NCBI GenBank assembly: GCA_902536695.1
Contig: CACAYQ010000001.1
Location: forward strand, 3,400 to 67,399
DNA from: an uncultured Bacteroidota bacterium
GTDB taxonomy: Bacteria > Bacteroidota > Bacteroidia > Flavobacteriales_D > Parvicellaceae
DNA: 64,000 nucleotides
Direction of reading: 5' to 3'
The notes beneath the pieces are model-generated. The model made no database searches and was not told where the DNA came from. It saw only the letters and a program-made list of their open reading frames with translations. How positions within the stretch are numbered: position 1 is the stretch's first letter; every line of letters begins with the position of its first letter. A program made the translations under genes and the position numbers. Positions 8,049-17,040 of this stretch are shown piece by piece.

Positions 8049-10853
8049 TTATGCATTATTGTATTCCAAAGCTATAAATTTTCCAGTATAACTTTTTTTA
8101 TTTTTCATTAACTCAGAAACTGATCCTTCAAAGACAACTTCTCCTCCATACATACCTCCTTCAGGTCCAAGATCTATAATATGATCAGCTTGAAGGATAA
8201 CATCTAAATTGTGCTCTATTACTAGAACGGTGTTACCTAGCCTTATTAATTTTCTTATGACCTCTATTAACAAATTGATGTCTTCATGGTGTAACCCGGT
8301 TGTGGGTTCGTCCATAATGTAAAATGTATTTCCAGTTTGTTTTTTTCCTAGCTCTGCAGCCAATTTGATGCGCTGAGCCTCACCTCCAGAAAGTGTGGTT
8401 GATGATTGACCAATTTTAATGTATCCTAAACCCACATCTTGAAGTACTTTTATTCTGCTGTAGATGTAGTTGATTTCTTTGAAAAAAACACATGCATCGT
8501 CAATGGTCATGTTTAATACATCATTGATAGATTTCCCTTTAAATTTAACTTCAAGAGTTTCTCTGTTATACCTTTTGCCATTGCATTGATCACACTTTAC
8601 GTAGACATCTGGTAGAAAATTCATTTCAATCAACTTCATTCCAGCACCAACGCATGTTTCACATCTCCCACCTTTCACGTTGAATGAAAAGCGTCCAGGC
8701 TTATAGCCTCTTATTTTTGCCTCAGGTAGTTGAGCAAATAAATCTCTAATCAGATTAAAAACACCCGTATAAGTTGCAGGATTAGATCTAGGAGTTCTTC
8801 CGATAGGAGATTGATTAATTCCTATCACTTTGTCAATATACTGAAGACCTTTTACTTGTTTATATGAGAGTGGCTCTTTTACAGCATTAAAAAAATGTTT
8901 ATTTAAAATTGGGAAAAGGGTCTCATTAATCAGGGTAGATTTTCCACTTCCTGAAACACCAGTTACCCCAATAAAGCTATTAAGAGGGAACGAAACACTT
9001 ACCTTTTTAAGGTTATTTCCACTTGCATCTATTAATTTTAAATGATGATTGGAAGTTACATCCTTTTGTTCCAGTTTGGGCGGTGTAGATTTAAGAAACT
9101 TAGCTGTAATTGATTTGCTTTCATCTAATTTATCAGGGCTGTTTTCATCTATTATATATCCGCCAAGATGGCCTGCTTTTGGACCAATATCAATCACCCT
9201 ATCAGCTGCTTTCATGATATCCTTGTCATGTTCAACAACAATTACCGTATTACCTCTGTCTCTTAATTTTTTGAGTGAAGAAATCAATTTATGATTATCT
9301 CTTTGATGTAATCCAATTGAAGGTTCATCTAAAATATACAATACGCTGGTAAGTTCCGATCCTATTTGAGAAGCCAATCTGATTCGTTGTGCTTCACCAC
9401 CTGATAATGTTGCTGCAGGAAGGTTCAGATGTAAATATTCTAACCCCACGTTTAACAAAAAACCTATTCTATTAACGAGTTCTTTAATTAAATCTTTAGA
9501 AATGGTTTTTTCTTTTTCATTAAATTTTGAATAGCTTTCTTCTACCCACATTTGGAGTTCTTTAAGGTCCATTTTAACCACTTCACCTATGTTTTTATCA
9601 AATATGGTGTACCACTTGTGATGATCCTTAAGTCTAGCTCCGTTACATTGCTTACACTTTGTTTTTTGTAGAAAATTAGCAGCCCATCTTTTTATTTTAT
9701 TACCACCTTCTTTATGGTGTCTTAAAATAAAATTGCAAACTCCTTCATATCCGTTAAGAACTTGATGTACCCCGTTTTCACCCAAAATTTTTATCAATTT
9801 CTGGGTTCCAAAAAGAATTTCGTGTAAACAAGTTTCAGATAACTTTGAAATGGGGGTATCCAACGAAAATTCGTGATGTTGCAGCAAAAGATTTATTTGT
9901 TTGAAAGTCCAGTTGTTTTCAAATTTTCCTAGCGGTTCTATTCCTCCCTTTTTTATTGATATTTTATCATCTGGTATGATTTTATCTTTTTCAATTTCGT
10001 GTGTATAGCCTAATCCGTTACAATTAGAACAAGCCCCCTTAGGTGAATTAAATGAAAAAAGATTGGGTTCAGGTTCAGGTAATGATATTCCAGAGTCTGG
10101 ACACATCAACAACTTGCTTAAAATCTTAGAATTTTCTTTTGAATCGATTAGTTGAATCTCATTCTTTCCTTTTTTTAGTGCTAGTGCTACACTGTCTTTA
10201 ATTCTTTTGGAGTTTTTTTCACTTATTGTAACGCTATCAATAATTAGCGAAATATCATGGGTTTTGTAGCGATCAAGTCTGAACCCAGCAGATAATCTTT
10301 TTAATTCTCCATTAATGAAGACTTTTGAGAAACCTTGTTTTAAAAGCTGATCAAATAATTCTCGGTAATGGCCTTTTCTTGATTTTATAATTGGAGCTAA
10401 GATGGTTATAGTTTGTTCTTTGTAATTTTGATGAATCAGTGAAACAATTTCTTTCTCATTGTAGCTCACCATTTTCTTCCCTGAGATTGGAGAAATAGGA
10501 GTTGAGACTCTAGCAAATAATAGCCTTAAAAAGTCATATATCTCAGTAATTGTACCAACCGTAGATCTTGGGTTTTTGGATACGGTTTTTTGTTCAATAG
10601 CAATAACAGGGCTTAATCCTGAAATATGGTCTACATCTGGCTTTGTTAATTTTCCCACAAATTGACGAGCATAAGCATTATATGTCTCTAAGTATCTCCT
10701 TTGGCCTTCCGCAAATATGGTGTCAAAAGCCAATGATGATTTGCCACTTCCACTTAAACCTGTTATCACAATCAATTGATTGTGGGGAATTTTCAAGGTA
10801 ATATCTTTAAGGTTGTGCGTTCTAGCCCCTTCTATGTGAATATGATTAGACAA
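8049..10853 (-). CDS. uvrA: excinuclease ABC subunit A
   Basis: 934 aa. Two ABC modules: GLSGSGKSSL and GVSGSGKSTL Walker A, LSGGEAQRI signature twice. Zn modules CSNCNGLG / CKQCNG and CETCVGAG / CDQCNG. Confidence 0.93.
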   Translation of the reverse strand: MSNHIHIEGARTHNLKDITLKIPHNQLIVITGLSGSGKSSLAFDTIFAEGQRRYLETYNAYARQFVGKLTKPDVDHISGLSPVIAIEQKTVSKNPRSTVGTITEIYDFLRLLFARVSTPISPISGKKMVSYNEKEIVSLIHQNYKEQTITILAPIIKSRKGHYRELFDQLLKQGFSKVFINGELKRLSAGFRLDRYKTHDISLIIDSVTISEKNSKRIKDSVALALKKGKNEIQLIDSKENSKILSKLLMCPDSGISLPEPEPNLFSFNSPKGACSNCNGLGYTHEIEKDKIIPDDKISIKKGGIEPLGKFENNWTFKQINLLLQHHEFSLDTPISKLSETCLHEILFGTQKLIKILGENGVHQVLNGYEGVCNFILRHHKEGGNKIKRWAANFLQKTKCKQCNGARLKDHHKWYTIFDKNIGEVVKMDLKELQMWVEESYSKFNEKEKTISKDLIKELVNRIGFLLNVGLEYLHLNLPAATLSGGEAQRIRLASQIGSELTSVLYILDEPSIGLHQRDNHKLISSLKKLRDRGNTVIVVEHDKDIMKAADRVIDIGPKAGHLGGYIIDENSPDKLDESKSITAKFLKSTPPKLEQKDVTSNHHLKLIDASGNNLKKVSVSFPLNSFIGVTGVSGSGKSTLINETLFPILNKHFFNAVKEPLSYKQVKGLQYIDKVIGINQSPIGRTPRSNPATYTGVFNLIRDLFAQLPEAKIRGYKPGRFSFNVKGGRCETCVGAGMKLIEMNFLPDVYVKCDQCNGKRYNRETLEVKFKGKSINDVLNMTIDDACVFFKEINYIYSRIKVLQDVGLGYIKIGQSSTTLSGGEAQRIKLAAELGKKQTGNTFYIMDEPTTGLHHEDINLLIEVIRKLIRLGNTVLVIEHNLDVILQADHIIDLGPEGGMYGGEVVFEGSVSELMKNKKSYTGKFIALEYNNA

Positions 10854-10881
10854 AATAATTAAGCTAAAGCAAATCTAGATT

Positions 10882-11988
10882 TTATTGGCGTTTGTCTTTG
10901 TGTTGTTGAGTAGTAAAATAAAGTGATAGGAAAATAGCCAAAAAATAGATTATGTAAAGGGTTGTATTAATCCAAGTCCAATGATGTACAAATCGATAAA
11001 TAGAAATAGCTATAATACAAGATAAAAAAGAAATTCCTGCAAAAATAAAACTTATTTGGGTGTCATTAAATCCTAAATAAGAAAGATGATGAGTTGTGTG
11101 ATCTTTTCCTCCGACAAATGGGGATGATTTCCTTGCAATACGGTTAATTACTACACTAGTTGTATCTACAATGGGTAGTGTAAAAACAATCAATACAGTA
11201 ACAATTTGTTTGGTTGGAATAGTGGTGCGAGTTTTGAAGTCTTCAATATTCCAAAAATATTTGATTCCTATTATGGCAACTAAAAGACCTAAAAATTGAC
11301 TGCCTGAATCACCCATAAACATTCTGGATGGATGAAAGTTATAGAAAAGAAATCCAATTAATGAACCAATAGCTCCTAAACAAATCATGTAGTCATATTT
11401 TTCAAATCCGCTGTTGAAACTTAAAAATATGATAGCTGTGGTAATTATAAAAAAAGAAGTCTGAGCAGTTATACCGTCCATGTTATCTAACATATTAATA
11501 GAGTTCATCATGGCCACAACCCAAAAAATAGTGATGCTATAGTTTAAATAATTACTTTCAAACAGTTGTATAACTAGGGATTCATTTTGATTGGTATATT
11601 TTGAGGATATGATTAATATAATGCCACAAAAGACTTGAACAAGGAATTTGAGACGTGGTTTGGTGTTATAAGCATCATCAGCTAGCCCCATGAGAAAGGC
11701 TAGTGAAATAGCTCCTATAACCCCAATTACTTGTCCGTCATTAAATAGACTCTGTGAATTAAAAAATATTCCATAACAACCAGTAGAAATTAAAAACGAA
11801 ATATAGAAAGATATTCCACCAAGTGATGGTTTTGAAACTGCGCTCCATCGGATTATTGGCTTTTCATTATTTCTTATACCTAATGTAGTGGCGAACTTTA
11901 ATAAAATGGTATTAATTAAAATACAGAATAAAATAATGCTTATAAAAAAGCCTGTGTAAATTAGAAATATGTATTCTTCACTTGCCAT
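10882..11988 (-). CDS. MraY/WecA-family polyprenyl-phosphate sugar-1-phosphate transferase (initiating transferase)
   Basis: 368 aa with about 10 TM segments. Motifs LMGLADD, NMLDNMDG and FMGDSGSQ are typical of the GT4 MraY/WecA family. Confidence 0.85.
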   Translation of the reverse strand: MASEEYIFLIYTGFFISIILFCILINTILLKFATTLGIRNNEKPIIRWSAVSKPSLGGISFYISFLISTGCYGIFFNSQSLFNDGQVIGVIGAISLAFLMGLADDAYNTKPRLKFLVQVFCGIILIISSKYTNQNESLVIQLFESNYLNYSITIFWVVAMMNSINMLDNMDGITAQTSFFIITTAIIFLSFNSGFEKYDYMICLGAIGSLIGFLFYNFHPSRMFMGDSGSQFLGLLVAIIGIKYFWNIEDFKTRTTIPTKQIVTVLIVFTLPIVDTTSVVINRIARKSSPFVGGKDHTTHHLSYLGFNDTQISFIFAGISFLSCIIAISIYRFVHHWTWINTTLYIIYFLAIFLSLYFTTQQHKDKRQ

Positions 11989-12534
11989 TTAAAACGGAGA
12001 TACAAAAGAACTAAAATTTTGCATAAGCTGGTCTTTTTCAGAAACTAATGGGTTTTTAATGTTCCAGCCAATATTTAAATTACTGTCATTCCAAATAATC
12101 CCATCTTCAGAATCTTTGTGATAATAATTGGAACATTTATATGCAAAAATAGTATCATCCTTTAGAGTCAAAAATCCATGAGCCATTCCTTCAGGGATAT
12201 ACAATTGGTGATGATTTTTCTCAGTTAAATACGCTGCTACATATTCTCCGTAAGTATCAGACTCTTTTCTGATATCTACCACCACATCTAATACCTCACC
12301 TTTTATGACACTGACTAATTTTGCTTGTGCAAAGGGTGGGTGTTGAAAATGAAGGCCTCTTAGTACATTTTTACTAGAAAGAGACTGATTATCTTGAACG
12401 AAGTGTACATCTAAGCCGGTAGCTTCGTTAAATTTATTTGAGTTAAAGTTTTCAAAAAAATACCCTCTGTTATCCTCAAAAACTTGAGGTTTAATTAGAA
12501 ATACACCATTAATATTGGTCTCTTTTGCTTCCAT
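11989..12534 (-). CDS. rfbC: dTDP-4-dehydrorhamnose 3,5-epimerase
   Basis: 181 aa. INGVFLIKPQVFEDNRGYFFE, RGLHFQ and the GMAHGF cupin strings are typical of RmlC. Confidence 0.92.
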   Translation of the reverse strand: MEAKETNINGVFLIKPQVFEDNRGYFFENFNSNKFNEATGLDVHFVQDNQSLSSKNVLRGLHFQHPPFAQAKLVSVIKGEVLDVVVDIRKESDTYGEYVAAYLTEKNHHQLYIPEGMAHGFLTLKDDTIFAYKCSNYYHKDSEDGIIWNDSNLNIGWNIKNPLVSEKDQLMQNFSSFVSPF

Positions 12535-15022
12535 TCCTTTTGAACATGCTTAATAAGCGTTCAAAAATACTTTTTTTATTTAAAAAATTATCATCCGAAT
12601 AATACGAAGTGTAAGCTTTTGAGCCGTAGCCGTAACCATATCCATATCCATATCCATATCCGTATCCATACCCGTATTTGCTCCCATATCCTCTGTTATT
12701 GGACTCTACTCCATTTAGTACAACAGAGAGCTTAGATAAGTTATTTTCATTAATCAATCGATCCACATTTTGAATGAAATTTTTTCTAGAAAAATTAGCT
12801 TTGAATACGTAAATGGGATAATCACTCATATTAAGTACAGGTATACCATCTGTAACCAAACCCACGGGCGGGTTGTCAATAACAATAAGATCGTACGTTT
12901 TCTTTAATTGGTAAATTGCACTTTCAAATTCATTACTGACTATCAATTCTGAAGGATTGGGCGGTAGTGTGCCAGCAGTAATGTAATCTAGATTTTTTAA
13001 TGGACTATTTTTTATACATTCTGAAATTTGATTTTTTCCTACCAAAATTTCTGACATTCCCTTATCGTTTACAACCCCAAACCCAATATGAATTTTAGGT
13101 TTTCTCATATCTAAATCAATGATAACTACTTTTTTGCCTGTAAATGCAATGATTCCTGCTAAATTGATGGCTAAAAATGTTTTTCCTTCACCTGAAATTG
13201 TACTGCTAATTGCAATGATTTTTGAACTTTTTTCATTATTGATAAATTGAAGGTTAGTCCTCATTGCCCTGAAAGATTCTGTAACCATGGATTTTGGACT
13301 TTTATCCACTATTAGTTGAGAAACTTCAGGTTTTGTCTTTAATAAAGGTACCATCCCTAAAATCCCAATGCTTCCTTCTGAATATTTAGAAATCTCGTGT
13401 AAAGATGTAATTTTGTCGTGTGTTAGGTAATTTATTAATGCAATTAAAGCAGAAATTATAAAAGCTAAAACTCCTGCTAAGCTGTAAGCTAGAATTGGTT
13501 TTGGAGAAATAGCTTGTTCATTTAATGGTGCTGGTTTTAAAATTTCATTGTAAGTTGTTATTCCTGCCTTTGATAATTCATATTCTGTTTCTTTCTCAAG
13601 AAGTAATGTATAATACTTATTGTTTATTTCGTGTATTCTTTCTAATCTAGTGAGTTCTAATTCTTTTTCCGGCAACGACAATAATTTTCTTTCGATTAAC
13701 CTAATCTTTTGATTTATCTCCTTATTTTTTTTGATTTTGTGCTGCTTGATCATTTTGATAGCTTTTCTCATGTAAATGATTTGCTCTTCAATTTCATTAT
13801 TTAAAATAATCATGTTTTCGTTATTAGACGTCACATCTCTAGAAAGTTCATCCCTTTTGATAACATTTTCTTCCAGATTTGAGATCATTTCCTGTACGAT
13901 CTTGTCATCAAAAAATATTTTAGATAATAAAAGACTTTTAATTGAATTGGAATTGATTTCACTGGAGACTGAATTTTTAAACATACTGTTAAATTGCTCA
14001 AGTAACTCAATATCAACTTGATTTTGGATTATGATATTCTCTAATTCGTCTAACTGAGATAAGCTGGACTGTTTTCGAATATCTGACGATTTAACATTAT
14101 TTTCTTTCTTAAAAATTTGAATTTCACGTTCGCTATCTTTTAGCCTAACATCTACGCTATCTTTTTGAGCATTTATGAATTCCACAATTTTAACCGAACT
14201 AATTGCTTTTTTAGTTAAATCGTAGTCGATGTATGATTTCGCTATTTCATTACACACATCTTGGGCATAAATTGGGTTAGTATGTTTGTAGTTTACACCA
14301 ATAGTGCTCGCTGCATAATCCAGAATGTTTATTTTAAGATGCTCAGTAATTTCCTGTCTTCTTTGAGTGAGAGTAGGGATTATAAAATAATAATTGTAAT
14401 TATTGAGAGATTCTATAAATGAATTAAGGGTTCCAGAAACAATCAATTTTCCTGAAAAGTACTCATTACTGAAGAAAGAATTGTTTTTAATGTACTCTGC
14501 ATAAATAATGCTTTTAGTGCTGTTTGTGATCTTAAAATATTCGTTATCAAATGATATATACAGTGGGGTAGAACTTAAAGACAAATTTTTTAGTTTAAAA
14601 TCAACCAATTTGAAAGGTGATCTCTTGTATAAGTCCCTAGTAAGAATGTCTCCTTCACTGTAATATTGAATCTCTGAATTTAAATTTTGAATAGTTTTGT
14701 TGATTATTTTTTGAGATTTCATTAATTCAACTTCACTATTAATATTAGTTTGTTGTTGATAAGAATAAATATCAAGGAATTCGTCTGGTTGTTCTTTTAT
14801 GTTAATTTGAATGGTAGTGCTTGTTTCATACATTTTAGGTGTGTATCGCATGTATATAAATGCCCCAAAAAATAGTGCCAGAAATGATAAAAGTATAATC
14901 CATTTTACTTTACCTAAAAGATAAATAAATAACCCTATTTCAAAATCCTTGCTTAAGTTCGAAATTCGGTCCCTGTAGCGAAGTAAATTTTCCTCTGTTT
15001 TTTTTAAATCTTCTGGAATCAT
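12509..15022 (-). CDS. polysaccharide co-polymerase / tyrosine autokinase (Wzc-like, GNVR + BY-kinase domains)
   Basis: 837 aa. Two TM segments flank a long coiled periplasmic region. Walker A ISGEGKTF, Walker A' VVIIDLDMRKP, Walker B LIVIDNPP. Tyr-rich C-terminal tail. The 3' end overlaps the rfbC start by 26 nt. Confidence 0.88.
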   Translation of the reverse strand: MIPEDLKKTEENLLRYRDRISNLSKDFEIGLFIYLLGKVKWIILLSFLALFFGAFIYMRYTPKMYETSTTIQINIKEQPDEFLDIYSYQQQTNINSEVELMKSQKIINKTIQNLNSEIQYYSEGDILTRDLYKRSPFKLVDFKLKNLSLSSTPLYISFDNEYFKITNSTKSIIYAEYIKNNSFFSNEYFSGKLIVSGTLNSFIESLNNYNYYFIIPTLTQRRQEITEHLKINILDYAASTIGVNYKHTNPIYAQDVCNEIAKSYIDYDLTKKAISSVKIVEFINAQKDSVDVRLKDSEREIQIFKKENNVKSSDIRKQSSLSQLDELENIIIQNQVDIELLEQFNSMFKNSVSSEINSNSIKSLLLSKIFFDDKIVQEMISNLEENVIKRDELSRDVTSNNENMIILNNEIEEQIIYMRKAIKMIKQHKIKKNKEINQKIRLIERKLLSLPEKELELTRLERIHEINNKYYTLLLEKETEYELSKAGITTYNEILKPAPLNEQAISPKPILAYSLAGVLAFIISALIALINYLTHDKITSLHEISKYSEGSIGILGMVPLLKTKPEVSQLIVDKSPKSMVTESFRAMRTNLQFINNEKSSKIIAISSTISGEGKTFLAINLAGIIAFTGKKVVIIDLDMRKPKIHIGFGVVNDKGMSEILVGKNQISECIKNSPLKNLDYITAGTLPPNPSELIVSNEFESAIYQLKKTYDLIVIDNPPVGLVTDGIPVLNMSDYPIYVFKANFSRKNFIQNVDRLINENNLSKLSVVLNGVESNNRGYGSKYGYGYGYGYGYGYGYGYGSKAYTSYYSDDNFLNKKSIFERLLSMFKRNGSKRDQY
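12623..12691. repeat. in-frame Tyr-Gly dipeptide repeat, including a perfect (CCATAT)x4 hexanucleotide repeat at 12636..12659
   Basis: Codon-by-codon reading of the minus strand gives R-G-Y-G-S-K-(Y-G)x9-S-K. Nine consecutive YG lie at 12623..12676, with one extra GYG at 12683..12691. Confidence 0.9.
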
Positions 15023-15813
15023 GGATTAAATTGAGTTAAAGCTAGCCATATAAATGAAATGGTTGAAGCAAAGGATAATATGGGATTTATATCTTCCATT
15101 ATTTCAGGAATAATGTTAATATTTGGTTGAATGTAAATGATATCGTGGGATTGCATAATCATATTACCATGTTGTATACCATCTATTGTAGAAAGATCAA
15201 CTTTGAAAATTTTAATGCCTTCTTTTGTTTTTCTAATAATCTTAATTTTTCTAGCATTATTGTCCTTTCGAATACCACCAGCTGTGGCTAAAACTTCAAA
15301 TAAAGTCATATTATTGAAAGTTAATGGAATTACTTGAGCTTCACCTCCTGTTGATCCACTAAATAGAAATATTCTTCGACTATTTACTCTTAAAAAAACA
15401 TAAGGGTCCACGTAAAATTCAGAAAATAATTCTTCTAAGTACAGTTCAGCCTCTCTAGCTGTTTGCCCAACAAGATTTACATCTCCTACTATAGGTAATT
15501 CAACTAAACTATCTTGTCTCACCATATAATTTATCCCAAAATTTCCATTCATCCCCCCACCCATCATCATACGATTTTGATTAGTACCGTTCTCATTGAA
15601 CATATCAATTAACTGGAACCCATTATTTGTATATAGTTGAAAAATGAGTTGATCATTCATAGCAATTTTATACTCAACATCATTCATCAAACTCGTAATA
15701 GTATCGAACTGGTAATCCTTCGAAGTGCGTAGCATTCTATTTGAGTTAATAGTGCAAGAATCAAATAAGAATAAAAGCAAACAGGTGAATATGGGTATTT
15801 TGATATACTTCAT
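15019..15813 (-). CDS. polysaccharide export outer-membrane protein (Wza-like, Poly_export + SLBB)
   Basis: 264 aa with a signal/lipoprotein-like N-terminus (LFLFDSC). It sits immediately upstream of the Wzc-like gene with a 4-nt overlap. Strings VELPIVGDVNLVGQT and LFEVLATAGG are typical of the family. Confidence 0.8.
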   Translation of the reverse strand: MKYIKIPIFTCLLLFLFDSCTINSNRMLRTSKDYQFDTITSLMNDVEYKIAMNDQLIFQLYTNNGFQLIDMFNENGTNQNRMMMGGGMNGNFGINYMVRQDSLVELPIVGDVNLVGQTAREAELYLEELFSEFYVDPYVFLRVNSRRIFLFSGSTGGEAQVIPLTFNNMTLFEVLATAGGIRKDNNARKIKIIRKTKEGIKIFKVDLSTIDGIQHGNMIMQSHDIIYIQPNINIIPEIMEDINPILSFASTISFIWLALTQFNP

Positions 15814-15858
15814 TATACAAAGATAGAAGTATTTTCCTAAAATACAAAGAACTTTGAA

Positions 15859-17037
15859 TTACAAAGTTTTATCGTATAGTGCTTTTGTATTTAAAATTAG
15901 ATTTTCAAAAGAGTATTGGTATGATCTTTGTGCTCCTTTCTTAGACATGTCATTTCTAATATATTCGTTTTCAATAAGTTTCAGAAGATTATTTGAAAAT
16001 TGTTCGATATCCCCAATTTCAGATAAGTAACCCGTTTCGTTTGCTGAAATTATATTCTCAATTCCTCCGACATTAGTGCTAACAATCGGATTGCCGCTTG
16101 CTTGAGCTTCGATTAGACTAACAGGTGTGCCTTCATTTTTAGATGTGAGGCAAATAATATCCATACCAGCATTTACTTCATCCACATTTTTTATCCAAGA
16201 GGTAAACTGAAATAATGCAGGGGTACTATTTGAACTATAGGATAAATTTTTTGACTTGATGAGTCCTTGAACGTTAACTTTTTCTTCTCCATCTCCCACA
16301 ATAAAAACCCTGATATTTTTTGATGTTTTTTTAATAACTTTTTCTATTACGTGAATAAAAAATACATGATTTTTTATTGGTACAATCCTACCAACTATTC
16401 CAATGGCAATATCATTTTCTTTAATGCTCCACTTCGATCTAAACGCTTTTCTTTTTGCTTCTGTATTAGAATAAAAGGGTGCCAAATCAAACCCAAGAGG
16501 AATAACCTTTATTTTTTCAACTGGGCAGATTCGATGAATTTCACTTAATTCTTTTTTTTGTAACTCACTAATGGCTATAATATTTGTACTCTTTTTGGCT
16601 AATCTTCTTTCAATCTTTTTATAAAGATTGGTTTTTAAACTTCCAAAATAGGAGTGAAAAACATGGCCGTGAAAAGTGTGATAAATTTGAGGAGTTTTAG
16701 CATTGAATGCTGCTCTTCTTCCTAATGCTCCCGCTTTTGAAGCATGTGTATGGACGATGTCAGGTTTGAAATCCTGTATTATTTTTTGAATTTTATGGTA
16801 AGCAACACGGTCATTTTTAGGACTTATAGATCTTTGCATCTCAGGGATGATAACAGGATCTAGTCCCAGTTGCTCTATGATGTGCATGGAACTTCCCTCT
16901 GATTCTTCATGATTTCCTCCAACTAATAAAGTTTCATATTCATCAGATAAATATTTGGTCAGCAGTCCTGCATTGTAGGTAGGTCCTCCAAGATTAAATC
17001 GATTAATGATCCTTAAAATTTTCTTTTTTGATTTCAT
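15859..17037 (-). CDS. glycosyltransferase (GT-B fold, CAZy GT4-like)
   Basis: 392 aa. N-terminal NRFNLGGPT and a C-terminal E-x7-E region, EGTPVSLIEAQASGNPIVSTNVGG. Confidence 0.85.
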   Translation of the reverse strand: MKSKKKILRIINRFNLGGPTYNAGLLTKYLSDEYETLLVGGNHEESEGSSMHIIEQLGLDPVIIPEMQRSISPKNDRVAYHKIQKIIQDFKPDIVHTHASKAGALGRRAAFNAKTPQIYHTFHGHVFHSYFGSLKTNLYKKIERRLAKKSTNIIAISELQKKELSEIHRICPVEKIKVIPLGFDLAPFYSNTEAKRKAFRSKWSIKENDIAIGIVGRIVPIKNHVFFIHVIEKVIKKTSKNIRVFIVGDGEEKVNVQGLIKSKNLSYSSNSTPALFQFTSWIKNVDEVNAGMDIICLTSKNEGTPVSLIEAQASGNPIVSTNVGGIENIISANETGYLSEIGDIEQFSNNLLKLIENEYIRNDMSKKGAQRSYQYSFENLILNTKALYDKTL

Positions 17038-17040
17038 AGA

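Noticed and set aside
12509-12534. 26-nt overlap of the Wzc-like stop and the rfbC start as a sign of a frameshift or fusion.
   Set aside because: Both proteins are complete at the overlap: the Wzc Tyr-rich tail is followed by a short basic end, and RmlC starts with its usual M....I.GV..I.P.VF.D.RG. This is an ordinary overlapping gene pair.
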